A DNA stretch of 64,000 nt from Litoreibacter ponti (lineage in GTDB: Bacteria > Pseudomonadota > Alphaproteobacteria > Rhodobacterales > Rhodobacteraceae). The translations under genes were made by a program, and so were the position numbers. This document shows positions 1-9,329 of the stretch, piece by piece. Under the pieces are notes generated by a model that searched no databases, was not told the origin of the DNA, and worked only from the letters and a program-made list of their open reading frames with translations. Every line of letters starts with the position of its first letter. The first letter of the stretch is position 1. The stretch spans positions 223,207 to 287,206 of the forward strand of contig NZ_QBKS01000002.1 of the NCBI RefSeq assembly GCF_003054285.1, written 5' to 3'.

Positions 1-1006
1 GCACTTTCATCCGGCGCCCCTCGAGCGAGCTTTCCATCAGCGCCTCGATCAACGCGTGCACCTTGAGAGCCTCGCGGCCTGTGAGCCGCGGCGGGCGGTC
101 TTCGTCCAGACTTGCGGCGAAATCCTCGATCACGCCCTGATGCCAGGCATGGGTGAAGGCCATCGGGTTGGCCCCGCCCCCGGTCGAGGCCAGGGCGCCG
201 TGGGTCTCCCGCCCGCCATCGCGCCAGTGGATGTCGAGCTGTGCCCGCGCCAACTGGGCCGAGCCCTTGGTGCCGTGCAGCGTGATGCTTTCCGCGCCGC
301 CCGGAAAGCTTGCGGTCGACGCTGTCAGCGTGCCGACCGCGCCGGAGGCAAAGTCGAGCCCCGCAGCCACGACATCTTCCGCCTCCATTTCGTGGAGCTT
401 TGACGTGCGCGCCATGGCCTGCACCTGCGTCACCGGCCCCGTGACCGACAGGGCCAGATCGAGCGTATGGATCGCCTGAGTGATCAGAACACCGCCACCA
501 TCCTGCGCAATCGTGCCGCGGCCCGGTTGGTCGTAATATTCCTGCCCGCGCCACCAGGGCACGGTGATCTCGACATGGCCGATCTCGCCCAAAGCGCCGT
601 CGGCGACCAGCGCCGTCAATCGTTCTGACACATCACGGAAGCGGTGCTGGAAGACCAGCCCAAGCGGCACGGACGCCCCTTCGCATTGCGCGACGATGGC
701 ACGCGCGGCAGCGAGGCTACGCTCGATCGGTTTTTCCATCAGGATCGGTTTGCGCGCCTGCACAAGCGCCGTGACGATCTCGGTCCGGGCGTTGGGTGGC
801 GTGGCGAGGATGACGAAGTCGATCTCCGGGTCGGCGGCGATCTCTGGCAGGGTCGCGGCGCTCAGCCCGTGGGCCGACGCGTATTCGGTCGCGCGTTCGG
901 GCCGTCGTGCGCAGATCGTCGTCAGTTCGACCGTTTCCGATGCCGCCAGCGCAAGGCGGTGCGTGTCCGCCACCATGCCAACCCCGATCAATGCCGCGCG
1001 TTTCAT
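1..1006 (-). CDS. Gfo/Idh/MocA family oxidoreductase (3' end runs off window start)
   Basis: Reverse-strand translation from ATG at 1006 gives MKRAALIGVGMVADTH... with an N-terminal Rossmann motif and Gfo/Idh/MocA-like C-terminal domain. Not in the ORF track because there is no stop within the window. Confidence 0.7.
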   Translation of the reverse strand, partial: MKRAALIGVGMVADTHRLALAASETVELTTICARRPERATEYASAHGLSAATLPEIAADPEIDFVILATPPNARTEIVTALVQARKPILMEKPIERSLAAARAIVAQCEGASVPLGLVFQHRFRDVSERLTALVADGALGEIGHVEITVPWWRGQEYYDQPGRGTIAQDGGGVLITQAIHTLDLALSVTGPVTQVQAMARTSKLHEMEAEDVVAAGLDFASGAVGTLTASTASFPGGAESITLHGTKGSAQLARAQLDIHWRDGGRETHGALASTGGGANPMAFTHAWHQGVIEDFAASLDEDRPPRLTGREALKVHALIEALMESSLEGRRMKV

Positions 1007-1318
1007 CCGCAAATCCCCCCGCAGCTACAGTTGCGGCAAGCGGGGACACGGGTCAACGCCAGAAGGCCCCGGCCCCGCATGAAATGCGGTCGAAACATGG
1101 GCTGAGGTCTCGATCTGGGATCAGGTCAGGGATGGCGGCGCCGCCAAGACGTGGCGTGTCGCTGGCACAGGGTTTTACCCCCGCATCCTGTGGACCCGGG
1201 CTCGCGCCCCGGCCGCTTCATCGCGCGATCAGATCGGATGCCCCGCATGTGCAGGATCCAGTCGTAACCACTGATTTGAGCTCAGGCGGCGTTTTACCCC
1301 GGAGCCGCTAACAGCGCG

Positions 1319-2224
1319 TTAACCCTGCGTGCGGTGCTCCGCCGCGCGGGTGCGCGCCCAGATCAACAGGCCAGAGCCGATGATAATCGCGGCCCCCAGC
1401 AGCGTCATCGCATCGGGGATGTGGCCCCAGATCGCGTAGCTCCAGAGCGTCAGGAAGATCAGGAAGGAATAGGTGTAAGGCATCAGCGTGTTCGCGGGCG
1501 CGAAACGGTGCGCGCGGGTCAGCACCTCATGCCCCGCCCAGCCCCAAAAACCCAACGCGATCATGATCAGCCAGTCCGTCAGGTTGGCCGGGTTGGTCCA
1601 GCTCCAGATCGCAAAAGGCAGCAGCGCGAAGGTTCCGAAAGCGCCCATGTAGAATTGCATCGTCTCGACCGCGACCACGCCCGACAGCTTGCGCGTCAGG
1701 ATCGAATAGAGCGCCAGCGCCACCGCATTGTGCAGCGACAGCAGCATCGCCCAGTGGAACTCCGACCCGAACGGCCGCATCACCACCAGCACGCCGACGA
1801 AGCCCACCGCGATGCCCGCCATGCGCCACGGGCCGACCCGCTCGCCCAGCAGGGGCCATCCCAAAAGACACACCAAGATGGGCGAGGTGAACATAATCGA
1901 CGCCGTCACCGTCAGTGGCAGGTACAACAGCGCGATGAAATTCAGCGCGGTCGAGGCCGCCAGAAGGTAGGCGCGCAGCAGCACCAGGACCGGACGCTCG
2001 GTCTTGAACCGCTCCAGATCCAGCCCGCCCCGTGCCACCAGCGCAGTCGAAATGAAGAAGTGCAAAAAGTAGCGCATGAAGGCCAGCTGCAGCGCAGGCA
2101 GCCCCGCCAATACCAGCCACTTCACCGAGGTGTCGATGAAGGAAAAGCACAGCCACGCCGCCAGCATCATCGCGATCCCGAGCGACGCCCGGTCCTCGAG
2201 CGCGTGAACGGCGACGCGCGACAC
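1319..2224 (-). CDS. DMT (EamA) family transporter
   Basis: 301-aa ORF with about 10 hydrophobic helices in a two-EamA-repeat architecture. GTG start overlaps the upstream gene's stop. Confidence 0.8.
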   Translation of the reverse strand: MSRVAVHALEDRASLGIAMMLAAWLCFSFIDTSVKWLVLAGLPALQLAFMRYFLHFFISTALVARGGLDLERFKTERPVLVLLRAYLLAASTALNFIALLYLPLTVTASIMFTSPILVCLLGWPLLGERVGPWRMAGIAVGFVGVLVVMRPFGSEFHWAMLLSLHNAVALALYSILTRKLSGVVAVETMQFYMGAFGTFALLPFAIWSWTNPANLTDWLIMIALGFWGWAGHEVLTRAHRFAPANTLMPYTYSFLIFLTLWSYAIWGHIPDAMTLLGAAIIIGSGLLIWARTRAAEHRTQG

Positions 2225-3105
2225 TAGGGCGTCATCAACTTGGCGTAGTAGTCCACCATCTGGCCCACCATCTCGTCACCATGGCCGGAATCCCGCGCGC
2301 CGGTCAGACCTTCGAGCGCCGAGCGCGACATGACGCTGGTCGCGCCCGCATCGCTCGCCATCTGCGCGTAGTAGCCCACGTCCTTGGCCGCGTTCTTGAT
2401 CGCGAAGGCCAGCTGGGTCGGGTCCCCATCGACCCCGTAGGCCTTGACGAAATCCATCATGCCGGAATGGAGCGGCCCCGCGCTCATCACCTCGTAGAGC
2501 TGCGCGCGCGAGACACCTTGCACGTCGGCCATCGCAAACGCCTCGGCCATCGCGTTGGCCACCGTCATGCCGAAGAAGTTGTTGATTAGCTTGATCGTAT
2601 GGCCCGAGCCCAGCGCGCCCAGGTGGAAGACATTCTCGCCCAGATCATCAAGCAGCGGCTTGACCTTGGCGAACGCCGCCTCGTCCCCCGCGCACATGAT
2701 GTTGAGCGCACCATCAAGGGCGTGGGACGGCGTGCGGCCCAGTGGCGCGTCGAGGTACTGTCCGCCCGCGGCAGCCACCTCGCCCCCCAGCGCGCGCGTC
2801 GAGGCGGGCAGCGACGTGCCGAAATCCAGCACAACCGCGCCGGGCCGCAGCCCCGCGATCACACCGTCGGCCCCACGCATCCGACCTTCGACCTGATCGG
2901 AGGTGCCCATGCACAGCATCACAACATCGCAGGTCTCGGCAACGGCGCGCGCACTGTCCGCCTCGACCGCCCCGCGCCCGATCGCGCGGTCCAGCGCGGT
3001 GCGGTCGCGATTGCCCAGCACGACCAGCTCGTGCCCTTTGTCCTGCAACCGCGACACCATCGCGCCGCCCATCAGGCCAAGGCCGATAAATCCCACTTTC
3101 GTCAT
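2224..3105 (-). CDS. NAD(P)-dependent beta-hydroxyacid dehydrogenase (HIBADH / 6PGDH NAD-binding family)
   Basis: MTKVGFIGLGLMGGAMV dinucleotide-binding motif and a typical 3-hydroxyisobutyrate dehydrogenase-like length of 293 aa. Confidence 0.8.
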   Translation of the reverse strand: MTKVGFIGLGLMGGAMVSRLQDKGHELVVLGNRDRTALDRAIGRGAVEADSARAVAETCDVVMLCMGTSDQVEGRMRGADGVIAGLRPGAVVLDFGTSLPASTRALGGEVAAAGGQYLDAPLGRTPSHALDGALNIMCAGDEAAFAKVKPLLDDLGENVFHLGALGSGHTIKLINNFFGMTVANAMAEAFAMADVQGVSRAQLYEVMSAGPLHSGMMDFVKAYGVDGDPTQLAFAIKNAAKDVGYYAQMASDAGATSVMSRSALEGLTGARDSGHGDEMVGQMVDYYAKLMTP

Positions 3106-4208
3106 GCGCTCACTCCAAGTCTTGTCTTTACCAATGCCGCGCCCAGGCGGCCGATCTCGTCACTGCACTTCGCCCCGGCCCCGTTGCCGCCCGCGCAGAT
3201 CGCGATGCGATCCGCGACCCAGCCGATCTCCGGCAGGCGGTCCTTGGTCCAGGTCGTCACGCAGGCATCCATCGTCACCCCGCGTATGTCGAGGTCGGGC
3301 ATCACCTCAAGCACCATCTTGTGCAGGTGGCCGCGTACCTCGGCATTGCCGCCGCCCTGGAACCAGTCCCGGATCGCATCGCCCCCCACCAGTGGGGCAT
3401 CTTCCGGGTCCCCGCCGAGTTTGAGGTAGATCTTGCCGTCCGGATACCGGATCGGCGGCAGCAGGTAGGGGTCCTCTGGCGTGTCGTAGACCAGCGTCGG
3501 CATCGTGGCGAGGCGCGCGGCCTCCTGCTCTGACACCTCGAACAGCGCGACCGTGCGGGCATAGACATCCATCTGTGGCGCGCGGCCCAGCACGTTGTCG
3601 GAGTTGTAGCCGCAGGCGATCAGCACCTGATCAAAACGGTGGGTACCGTCGGTGGTGGCCACCTCGACCATCGCGCCGCGCGGCTCGAGCCCCGTGACTT
3701 GCCGCTCCAGCAGCTTCGCGCCATGGCGCGTCGCGGCCTTTGTCTGCGCCGCCACCAAGCGGCGCGGGCTGATATGGCCCGCCCGCGTCGGCTCGTAATA
3801 CCCGGTGAAATCGCCAAGGCTGAAATAGGGGAACCGCTGCGCCAGCGCCTCCGGGCCCAGCTGCTCGCAGGGCACGTCATATTCTGCCCGGCCCTGCTCC
3901 ATCCGCGCCATGAACGCTGCCCCGCCCGCCATCATCGCGCCGGTCTCGGTGTAGAAGGCGATGCCGCTCTCCGCCTCGATCTCCGCATAGCGATCAATCG
4001 CGGCGGTGGAGACGCCCACCCAATAAGGATCAAGCGCGTTCTTGCGCGTGATCCGCCCCTCGTCCCAATGGGATGCGAAGACGCCGGTATGGCTGCGCTT
4101 GGCCGCGGGCTCCCCCGGACCGATCAGCGTCACATCCACACCAGCCTTTGCCAGATGCCGGGCCGCCGCCGACCCCCACAGGCCGCGACCGATGACGGCA
4201 ACGCTCAC
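3102..4208 (-). CDS. FAD-dependent oxidoreductase (DAO / sarcosine-oxidase-beta-like family)
   Basis: MSVAVIGRGLWGSAAARHLAKAG FAD-binding GxGxxG motif, 368 aa. Start and stop overlap the neighbouring genes (ATGA coupling). Confidence 0.75.
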   Translation of the reverse strand: MSVAVIGRGLWGSAAARHLAKAGVDVTLIGPGEPAAKRSHTGVFASHWDEGRITRKNALDPYWVGVSTAAIDRYAEIEAESGIAFYTETGAMMAGGAAFMARMEQGRAEYDVPCEQLGPEALAQRFPYFSLGDFTGYYEPTRAGHISPRRLVAAQTKAATRHGAKLLERQVTGLEPRGAMVEVATTDGTHRFDQVLIACGYNSDNVLGRAPQMDVYARTVALFEVSEQEAARLATMPTLVYDTPEDPYLLPPIRYPDGKIYLKLGGDPEDAPLVGGDAIRDWFQGGGNAEVRGHLHKMVLEVMPDLDIRGVTMDACVTTWTKDRLPEIGWVADRIAICAGGNGAGAKCSDEIGRLGAALVKTRLGVSA

Positions 4209-5095
4209 TCGGCCACCTCGAAGCTGCGGGCGCGCAGCTTCTTCTGGATCTCATAGATGGTGAAATTATCCGTCGGCAGCGGTGCCGGGATGCGCGCGCC
4301 AAGGCTCTCGACCCGAGGCTCCAGCGTGGGCGCGCCGCAAAGCATCCGTTCGTTATACTCCTCGATCCCGTTCCAGCGCGTCATCGAGCCCATCAGCGGG
4401 AAAGCATCGGCGGCCATCATCTCGTAGAACAGCAAGCGCCGGTCCCGGTCCGAGCGGTTCAGGGCCGAGCCATGCACGATCCGCCCGTGATGGATCGAAA
4501 TGCTGCCCGCAGGCCCGGTCAGCGGCACCGCGTCGGCCATATCAAACCCGCAAGCGGCAAGGTCCATCGCGCCTGCGAAAACCCCGTCCACATGGTGGTC
4601 GTGAATAGGCTCCAGATGCGAGCCGGGGAAGACCATCAGCGGGCCATTCTCCATCTCCATATCATCGAGCAGTACGGCGATCGCCAGAACGTCATCATTG
4701 CTGTGGGGGTAGAAGGCGAAGTCCTGATGCCACTCCACCGCCGCGCCAAAGCCCGCGGATTTCATGTTCAGCTTCGAGGTATGCAGCCGCAAATCCGGCC
4801 CGATCAGATCGCGCGCAGGCGCAAGGATATGGTCGGAATACATCAGCTCCCGCATCACCGCATTGTGGGTGTGGGGCAGCTTGATGCGCCGCAACCGGGG
4901 GGCGTCGGGGCTGTGGGTGTCCTCCAGATCAATCTCGTCGGTGCTTTCGGTCAGCCCGCGCGCCTGCTCGTGGTACTTGGCGACCTCGGCGTGCAGCTTG
5001 GCGAGGATATCTGCCGGGATGCGCCCGGGCAGAACCAGATGGCCCTGCTCGCGGTATTGCGATTTCTGGTCGGGGGTCAGCACCTCAAGGGTCAT
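4205..5095 (-). CDS. phytanoyl-CoA dioxygenase (PhyH) family Fe(II)/2-oxoglutarate oxygenase
   Basis: 296 aa with a HxD...H facial-triad pattern (WHQDFAF...HHGRIVHGS) typical of the PhyH family. Confidence 0.75.
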   Translation of the reverse strand: MTLEVLTPDQKSQYREQGHLVLPGRIPADILAKLHAEVAKYHEQARGLTESTDEIDLEDTHSPDAPRLRRIKLPHTHNAVMRELMYSDHILAPARDLIGPDLRLHTSKLNMKSAGFGAAVEWHQDFAFYPHSNDDVLAIAVLLDDMEMENGPLMVFPGSHLEPIHDHHVDGVFAGAMDLAACGFDMADAVPLTGPAGSISIHHGRIVHGSALNRSDRDRRLLFYEMMAADAFPLMGSMTRWNGIEEYNERMLCGAPTLEPRVESLGARIPAPLPTDNFTIYEIQKKLRARSFEVAE

Positions 5096-5910
5096 GGTCG
5101 CAAATCCTCCAGAAGCGGCAGGAAGTCTTCGGGCTCCACCTCCAGCCCGGTATAAGCGGCGAAGCTGCGGATCGCCATGTGGCGGAACAGATCGAAGCCG
5201 GTGAAGATCTGCAGGCCCGCCGCGCTGGCGGCCTGCAGAAAGGCCGTATCCGTCGGCGTGTAGACCGCATCAAACGCCCATCCCTGCCGGTCGAGCAGCG
5301 ACAGATCGAACGCCGCGCCGGGATATTCCGCCATGCCCAATGGCGTCGCGTTCACCAAGCCATCGGCGAGGCGCATCGCCTCGGCCAAGGCGTCAGACGG
5401 GATGGCGCGGGCGGGTGGGCCGAGGCTGAAAGCGAGGTCCTCCGCCCGCACGCGGTCCGTATCATAGATCGCGATATCGCGCGCGCCGCGTTTGACCAGC
5501 GCCGCCCCAAGCGCGCGCGCCACGCCCCCCGCACCCGCCATGACCACCGACCCGATCTCGTCCACCGGCTCCATCGCCGCCAGAAACCCGGTATAATCCG
5601 TGTTGAACCCCGTCACATATTCGCCAAAGACCAGCGTGTTGCACGCGCCCAGATGCTCCACCTCCGGGTGCATCCCGTCCTCGGCATAGCGCGCGGCGTT
5701 GGTCTTGAAGGGATGGGTCACCGTCACCCCGGTCCAGCCGCGATTGCGCAGCCCGTGGACCGTGGCATCGAAATCGAACTCGGATTTCTCCGCCGTGTCG
5801 ATCAGGTAGAACTCCAACCCCATCCCATGCTCGTCGCACAGGATCTGCAGCGCCGCGGGCAGCCGCGTCCGCGAAATGTGCGCCCCGATTAGCCCTGCAA
5901 TCAAGCTCAC
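5092..5910 (-). CDS. shikimate / quinate 5-dehydrogenase family protein (AroE-like paralog)
   Basis: 272 aa with the THPFK substrate motif and a GAGGVARA Rossmann motif. Embedded in a catabolic operon rather than the aro cluster. Confidence 0.75.
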   Translation of the reverse strand: MSLIAGLIGAHISRTRLPAALQILCDEHGMGLEFYLIDTAEKSEFDFDATVHGLRNRGWTGVTVTHPFKTNAARYAEDGMHPEVEHLGACNTLVFGEYVTGFNTDYTGFLAAMEPVDEIGSVVMAGAGGVARALGAALVKRGARDIAIYDTDRVRAEDLAFSLGPPARAIPSDALAEAMRLADGLVNATPLGMAEYPGAAFDLSLLDRQGWAFDAVYTPTDTAFLQAASAAGLQIFTGFDLFRHMAIRSFAAYTGLEVEPEDFLPLLEDLRP

Positions 5911-6914
5911 GCGGCAACCCTCCTTGGGGCAACGGCTGCCTCAAGCGCCAAAGTCGCTTCAAGCGACTTGCGCCCGTCCTCGGCGCTGACCAGCGGTGCA
6001 GCCCCCGCGCAGACATCGGCGAAATGCGCCAACTGCGCCACGAGCGGGATGTTGGGCGTAAAGCTCTCGCGCCGCACCCCGGGCTGTTGCGACCAGTCCG
6101 CCGCCCCCGACCAGACGGTGAGCGACGGAAAGGCAATCGCGCCCTCGGTGCCGCAGATGCGCAGGTAATCCTCGCCCGTCGTGGCGATGTTGGGGTTCTC
6201 CCCGGTGCCCGCCTCGAACCCGAAGGGCGAGGCGCAGGTGTCCGCAAAACTCACCGTTGCCGACACGCCCCCCGCAAAGCCCAGGATCGCCGCACCGCTT
6301 TCGACCCGCGCTGCGCCCCGCTGCGCGTTCGAGCCAAAGCCCGCCACCTCGACCACCTCGCCAAACAGATGCCGCAGCAGGTCCACCTCATGCACGAGGT
6401 TGATCATCACCGGCGAGCCGTCGGGTCCCGCGCGCCACGGCACCTCGAAATACGGATCGGGCTTCTTCATCGCCCAGATCATCGAGGCCAGCACCGGCGC
6501 GCCCACAACGCCTGCGTCGAGCAAGTCCTTCAGCCGCGCCACGGCTGCATGATGGCGACGATGATGACCCACCAAGGTCCGCACGCCCGCGCGATCCGCC
6601 GCGCGGATGATCCGGTCCGCGGCCTCCAGCGAATGGGCCACGGGCTTCTCGATCAGCATATGCCAGCCGCGCGCCGCCGCGGCCTCCGCATGATCGGCAT
6701 GAAGATGCGAGGGCGTGGCGATCAGAACCCCATCCGCCGCCAGATCCACGTCCTCGATCGTTGCAAAATGTGGCACATGATCCTGCGACAGGCTCGGGTC
6801 CACCACGGCAACCACCTCGATCCCCGGCATCTCCAGCGCATGGGCCAGATGCCGCGCGCCGATCAGACCTATCCCCGCGATCACCAGCCTCACATCACGG
6901 CCCCGATCTGCCAC
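5907..6914 (-). CDS. Gfo/Idh/MocA family oxidoreductase
   Basis: 335 aa with N-terminal VRLVIAGIGLIGARH Rossmann fold and EKP motif. GTG start. Confidence 0.75.
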   Translation of the reverse strand: MADRGRDVRLVIAGIGLIGARHLAHALEMPGIEVVAVVDPSLSQDHVPHFATIEDVDLAADGVLIATPSHLHADHAEAAAARGWHMLIEKPVAHSLEAADRIIRAADRAGVRTLVGHHRRHHAAVARLKDLLDAGVVGAPVLASMIWAMKKPDPYFEVPWRAGPDGSPVMINLVHEVDLLRHLFGEVVEVAGFGSNAQRGAARVESGAAILGFAGGVSATVSFADTCASPFGFEAGTGENPNIATTGEDYLRICGTEGAIAFPSLTVWSGAADWSQQPGVRRESFTPNIPLVAQLAHFADVCAGAAPLVSAEDGRKSLEATLALEAAVAPRRVAA

Positions 6915-8392
6915 GGCACGAATTCATAGTCACCTAACCCCTGCGCCTCGGATTTCGACGCCTCGCCGGAGGCCACCGCCAGGATCATCCGGTAAATCTC
7001 GCGCCCCTTCTCTTCCAGCGACACGCCGCCCGTCAGCATGTCGCCCGCGTTGATATCCATGTCGTCGGTCATGCGGTTGTACATCTCGGTGTTGGTCGAG
7101 ACCTTGATCGTCGGCGCGGGTTTGGACCCGAAGGCCGAGCCCCGCCCGGTCGTGAACACCACCACCTGACAGCCGCCCGCGATCTGGCCTGTGACGCTGG
7201 CAGGGTCGTAGCCGGGGCTGTCCATGAAGGTGAAGCCTTTCGCGGTCACGGGCTCGGCGTATTTGTAGACCCCGGTCAAAGGCGAGGTGCCGCCCTTGGC
7301 CGCTGCGCCCAGCGACTTTTCAAGGATCGTCGTCAGCCCGCCCTTCTTGTTGCCGGGCGACGGGTTGTTGTCCATCGAGCCGCGGTTGCGCTCGGTGTAA
7401 TCCTTCCACCACTCGATCAGCCCGATCAGCCGCTGGCCCACCTCGGGCGAGACCGCGCGGCGGGTCAGCAGATGCTCCGCGCCGTAGATTTCCGGCGTCT
7501 CGGCCAGCACGCCCGTGCCGCCCTGCGCGGCCAACAGATCGCAGGCGTAGCCCAGGGCCGGGTTCGCCGTGACCCCCGACCACGCATCCGAGCCGCCGCA
7601 TTGCAAAGCCACCTTCAGCTCCGACGCCGGGCATTCTGTGCGCCGCGCCTGATTGGCAATCGGCAGCATCGCTTCGACCTTTTTGATGCCCATCTCGATG
7701 GTCTTCGCCAGCCCCGCGACCCCTTGGATATTCATCACCTGAAAGGTGTCGGACTGCTTCAAGCCATACGCCTCCAGCAGCCAGTCGATCTGGTTCATCT
7801 CGCAGCCCAGCCCCACCATCAGCACGCCCGCGTGGTTGGGATGGCGCGCGTAGCCCCACATCACCCGCTGCAGCGCCTCGAACCCGTCGCCACTGTCGGC
7901 CATGCCGCATCCGGTGCAATGCACGAAAGCGCAAACGCCGTCGACATTTGGGTAGTCCGCCAGCCGCTCCGGCGTGAAGTGATCCGCGATACGCCGCGCC
8001 GCGGTGGCCGAGCAGTTCACGGAAGTGACGATGGCGATATAGTTGCGCGTCCCGACGCTGCCGTTGTCACGCCGGTAGCCCATGAACGTGTCGCCGGTCG
8101 CGGGGGTCACGGGCCGCTGATCCGTGCCGAACTCGTAATTCTGCGCGGTTGGAACGAAGTCGCAATTATGGGTGTGAACATGATCGCCCGGGGCAATGTC
8201 GCCGGAGGCGACGCCGATCATCTGGGCGTATTTGCGCACCTGCTCGCCCGCCGCCATGGCGCGGGTGGCGATCTTGTGGCCCGAGGGGATCAGCCCGGTG
8301 GTGGCCAGGCCCTCGACCGCGCTGCCCGCCTTCAAGGCGCGGGTGGCGGTGACGACATTGTCGTCGGGATCAAGGCGGATCGTGTCTTTCAT
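6890..8392 (-). CDS. UxaA-family dehydratase (altronate / galactarate dehydratase-like; SAF N-terminal domain)
   Basis: Track ORF 6890..8608 trimmed to internal ATG (MKDTIRLDPDDNVV...) at 8392, about 500 aa. Conserved UxaA-like blocks (GYRRDNGSVGTRNY, CGG..WSG). Confidence 0.8.
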   Translation of the reverse strand: MKDTIRLDPDDNVVTATRALKAGSAVEGLATTGLIPSGHKIATRAMAAGEQVRKYAQMIGVASGDIAPGDHVHTHNCDFVPTAQNYEFGTDQRPVTPATGDTFMGYRRDNGSVGTRNYIAIVTSVNCSATAARRIADHFTPERLADYPNVDGVCAFVHCTGCGMADSGDGFEALQRVMWGYARHPNHAGVLMVGLGCEMNQIDWLLEAYGLKQSDTFQVMNIQGVAGLAKTIEMGIKKVEAMLPIANQARRTECPASELKVALQCGGSDAWSGVTANPALGYACDLLAAQGGTGVLAETPEIYGAEHLLTRRAVSPEVGQRLIGLIEWWKDYTERNRGSMDNNPSPGNKKGGLTTILEKSLGAAAKGGTSPLTGVYKYAEPVTAKGFTFMDSPGYDPASVTGQIAGGCQVVVFTTGRGSAFGSKPAPTIKVSTNTEMYNRMTDDMDINAGDMLTGGVSLEEKGREIYRMILAVASGEASKSEAQGLGDYEFVPWQIGAVM

Positions 8393-8402
8393 GTCCGTAC
8401 TC

Positions 8403-9329
8403 TCATGCGCAATAGGGCGCGTCCGATTGCCAGCGGTGGATGTCGATATGCGAGGTTTCAGCCAAGCGCGCCCGCGCCTCTTCCCACATAGCACGCCAGG
8501 CGCGCCAATCGTGTAGTTCTGTCTCTGGGCGCGCGCGCGAACGGGCGACGAAATCCGGAAAATGCGACCGGCCCGTGGGCTGGCCCGTCTTGTTGAACCG
8601 CAGATCAAACGACCAGCGGATGCCGTCAGAGCGGTTGGGCAGTGACGCGTGGGGCACGAGCGGGTGGAAGATTACCGCCCCGCCAGAAGGCACCGGCAGC
8701 GGCACCGCGCCATCCTCGTCGATGAACGCGTCGGCAATCGCCGTCTGGGTCTTGGGGCAGTGCGGCAGCATCTCCGGCGTGCCTGAGAAGGGCTGTACTT
8801 TAAGGCAACCATTTTCCACCGTCGCATCCGTCACCGCCAGCCAGACGGTGATCATGTCGGTCTCGTCGGCTTCTTCCAGCGCCACGGCGCGGTCCTGATG
8901 CCAGTCGGTCGCGGTGATATGCGCGCGCACCTCGCCCGCGCGCAGATCAGGCGTGGGCGGCTTGATGCGCACATGCTGGATCGGATTGGCGGTGATCTCG
9001 CCGCCCAGCAGGTCCTCGGCCAGATCGAGCAGTCGCGTGTGCGTCGCCATCTCGAACACCGCGGGGCCGAAATGCATCGGTGTGTCCGCCGCGATCCGGT
9101 CGCCCGGCAGCGAGATGTCGAGCGGCTGGAACCAGTCGAACCCCGCGCGGTAGGCGGCGATCAGTTTCTCCTCGAACCCCGCGCCCTTGATGCCCCAGCC
9201 CTCGCAAAGCCCGTCCAGCAGCCCCGCATATTCCGTCCGAACCCGGTCAAGCGTGTCCTGCGGGACCACGTCCGGGACGACCAGATAGCCGTCCCGATGA
9301 AACGCCGATATCTGCGCGGCGCTCAGCAT
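8403..9329 (-). CDS. phytanoyl-CoA dioxygenase (PhyH) family protein
   Basis: 308 aa with WHQD...H motif. Second PhyH paralog in the same operon. Confidence 0.75.
   Translation of the reverse strand: MLSAAQISAFHRDGYLVVPDVVPQDTLDRVRTEYAGLLDGLCEGWGIKGAGFEEKLIAAYRAGFDWFQPLDISLPGDRIAADTPMHFGPAVFEMATHTRLLDLAEDLLGGEITANPIQHVRIKPPTPDLRAGEVRAHITATDWHQDRAVALEEADETDMITVWLAVTDATVENGCLKVQPFSGTPEMLPHCPKTQTAIADAFIDEDGAVPLPVPSGGAVIFHPLVPHASLPNRSDGIRWSFDLRFNKTGQPTGRSHFPDFVARSRARPETELHDWRAWRAMWEEARARLAETSHIDIHRWQSDAPYCA

Noticed and set aside
1334-2227. 297-aa Arg/Gln/His-rich + strand ORF.
   Set aside because: Antisense to the DMT transporter gene. Typical high-GC shadow ORF.
8392-8608. 72-aa N-terminal extension of the UxaA-family ORF.
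   Set aside because: Arg-rich and overlaps the upstream gene. The conserved N-terminus begins at the internal ATG at 8392.
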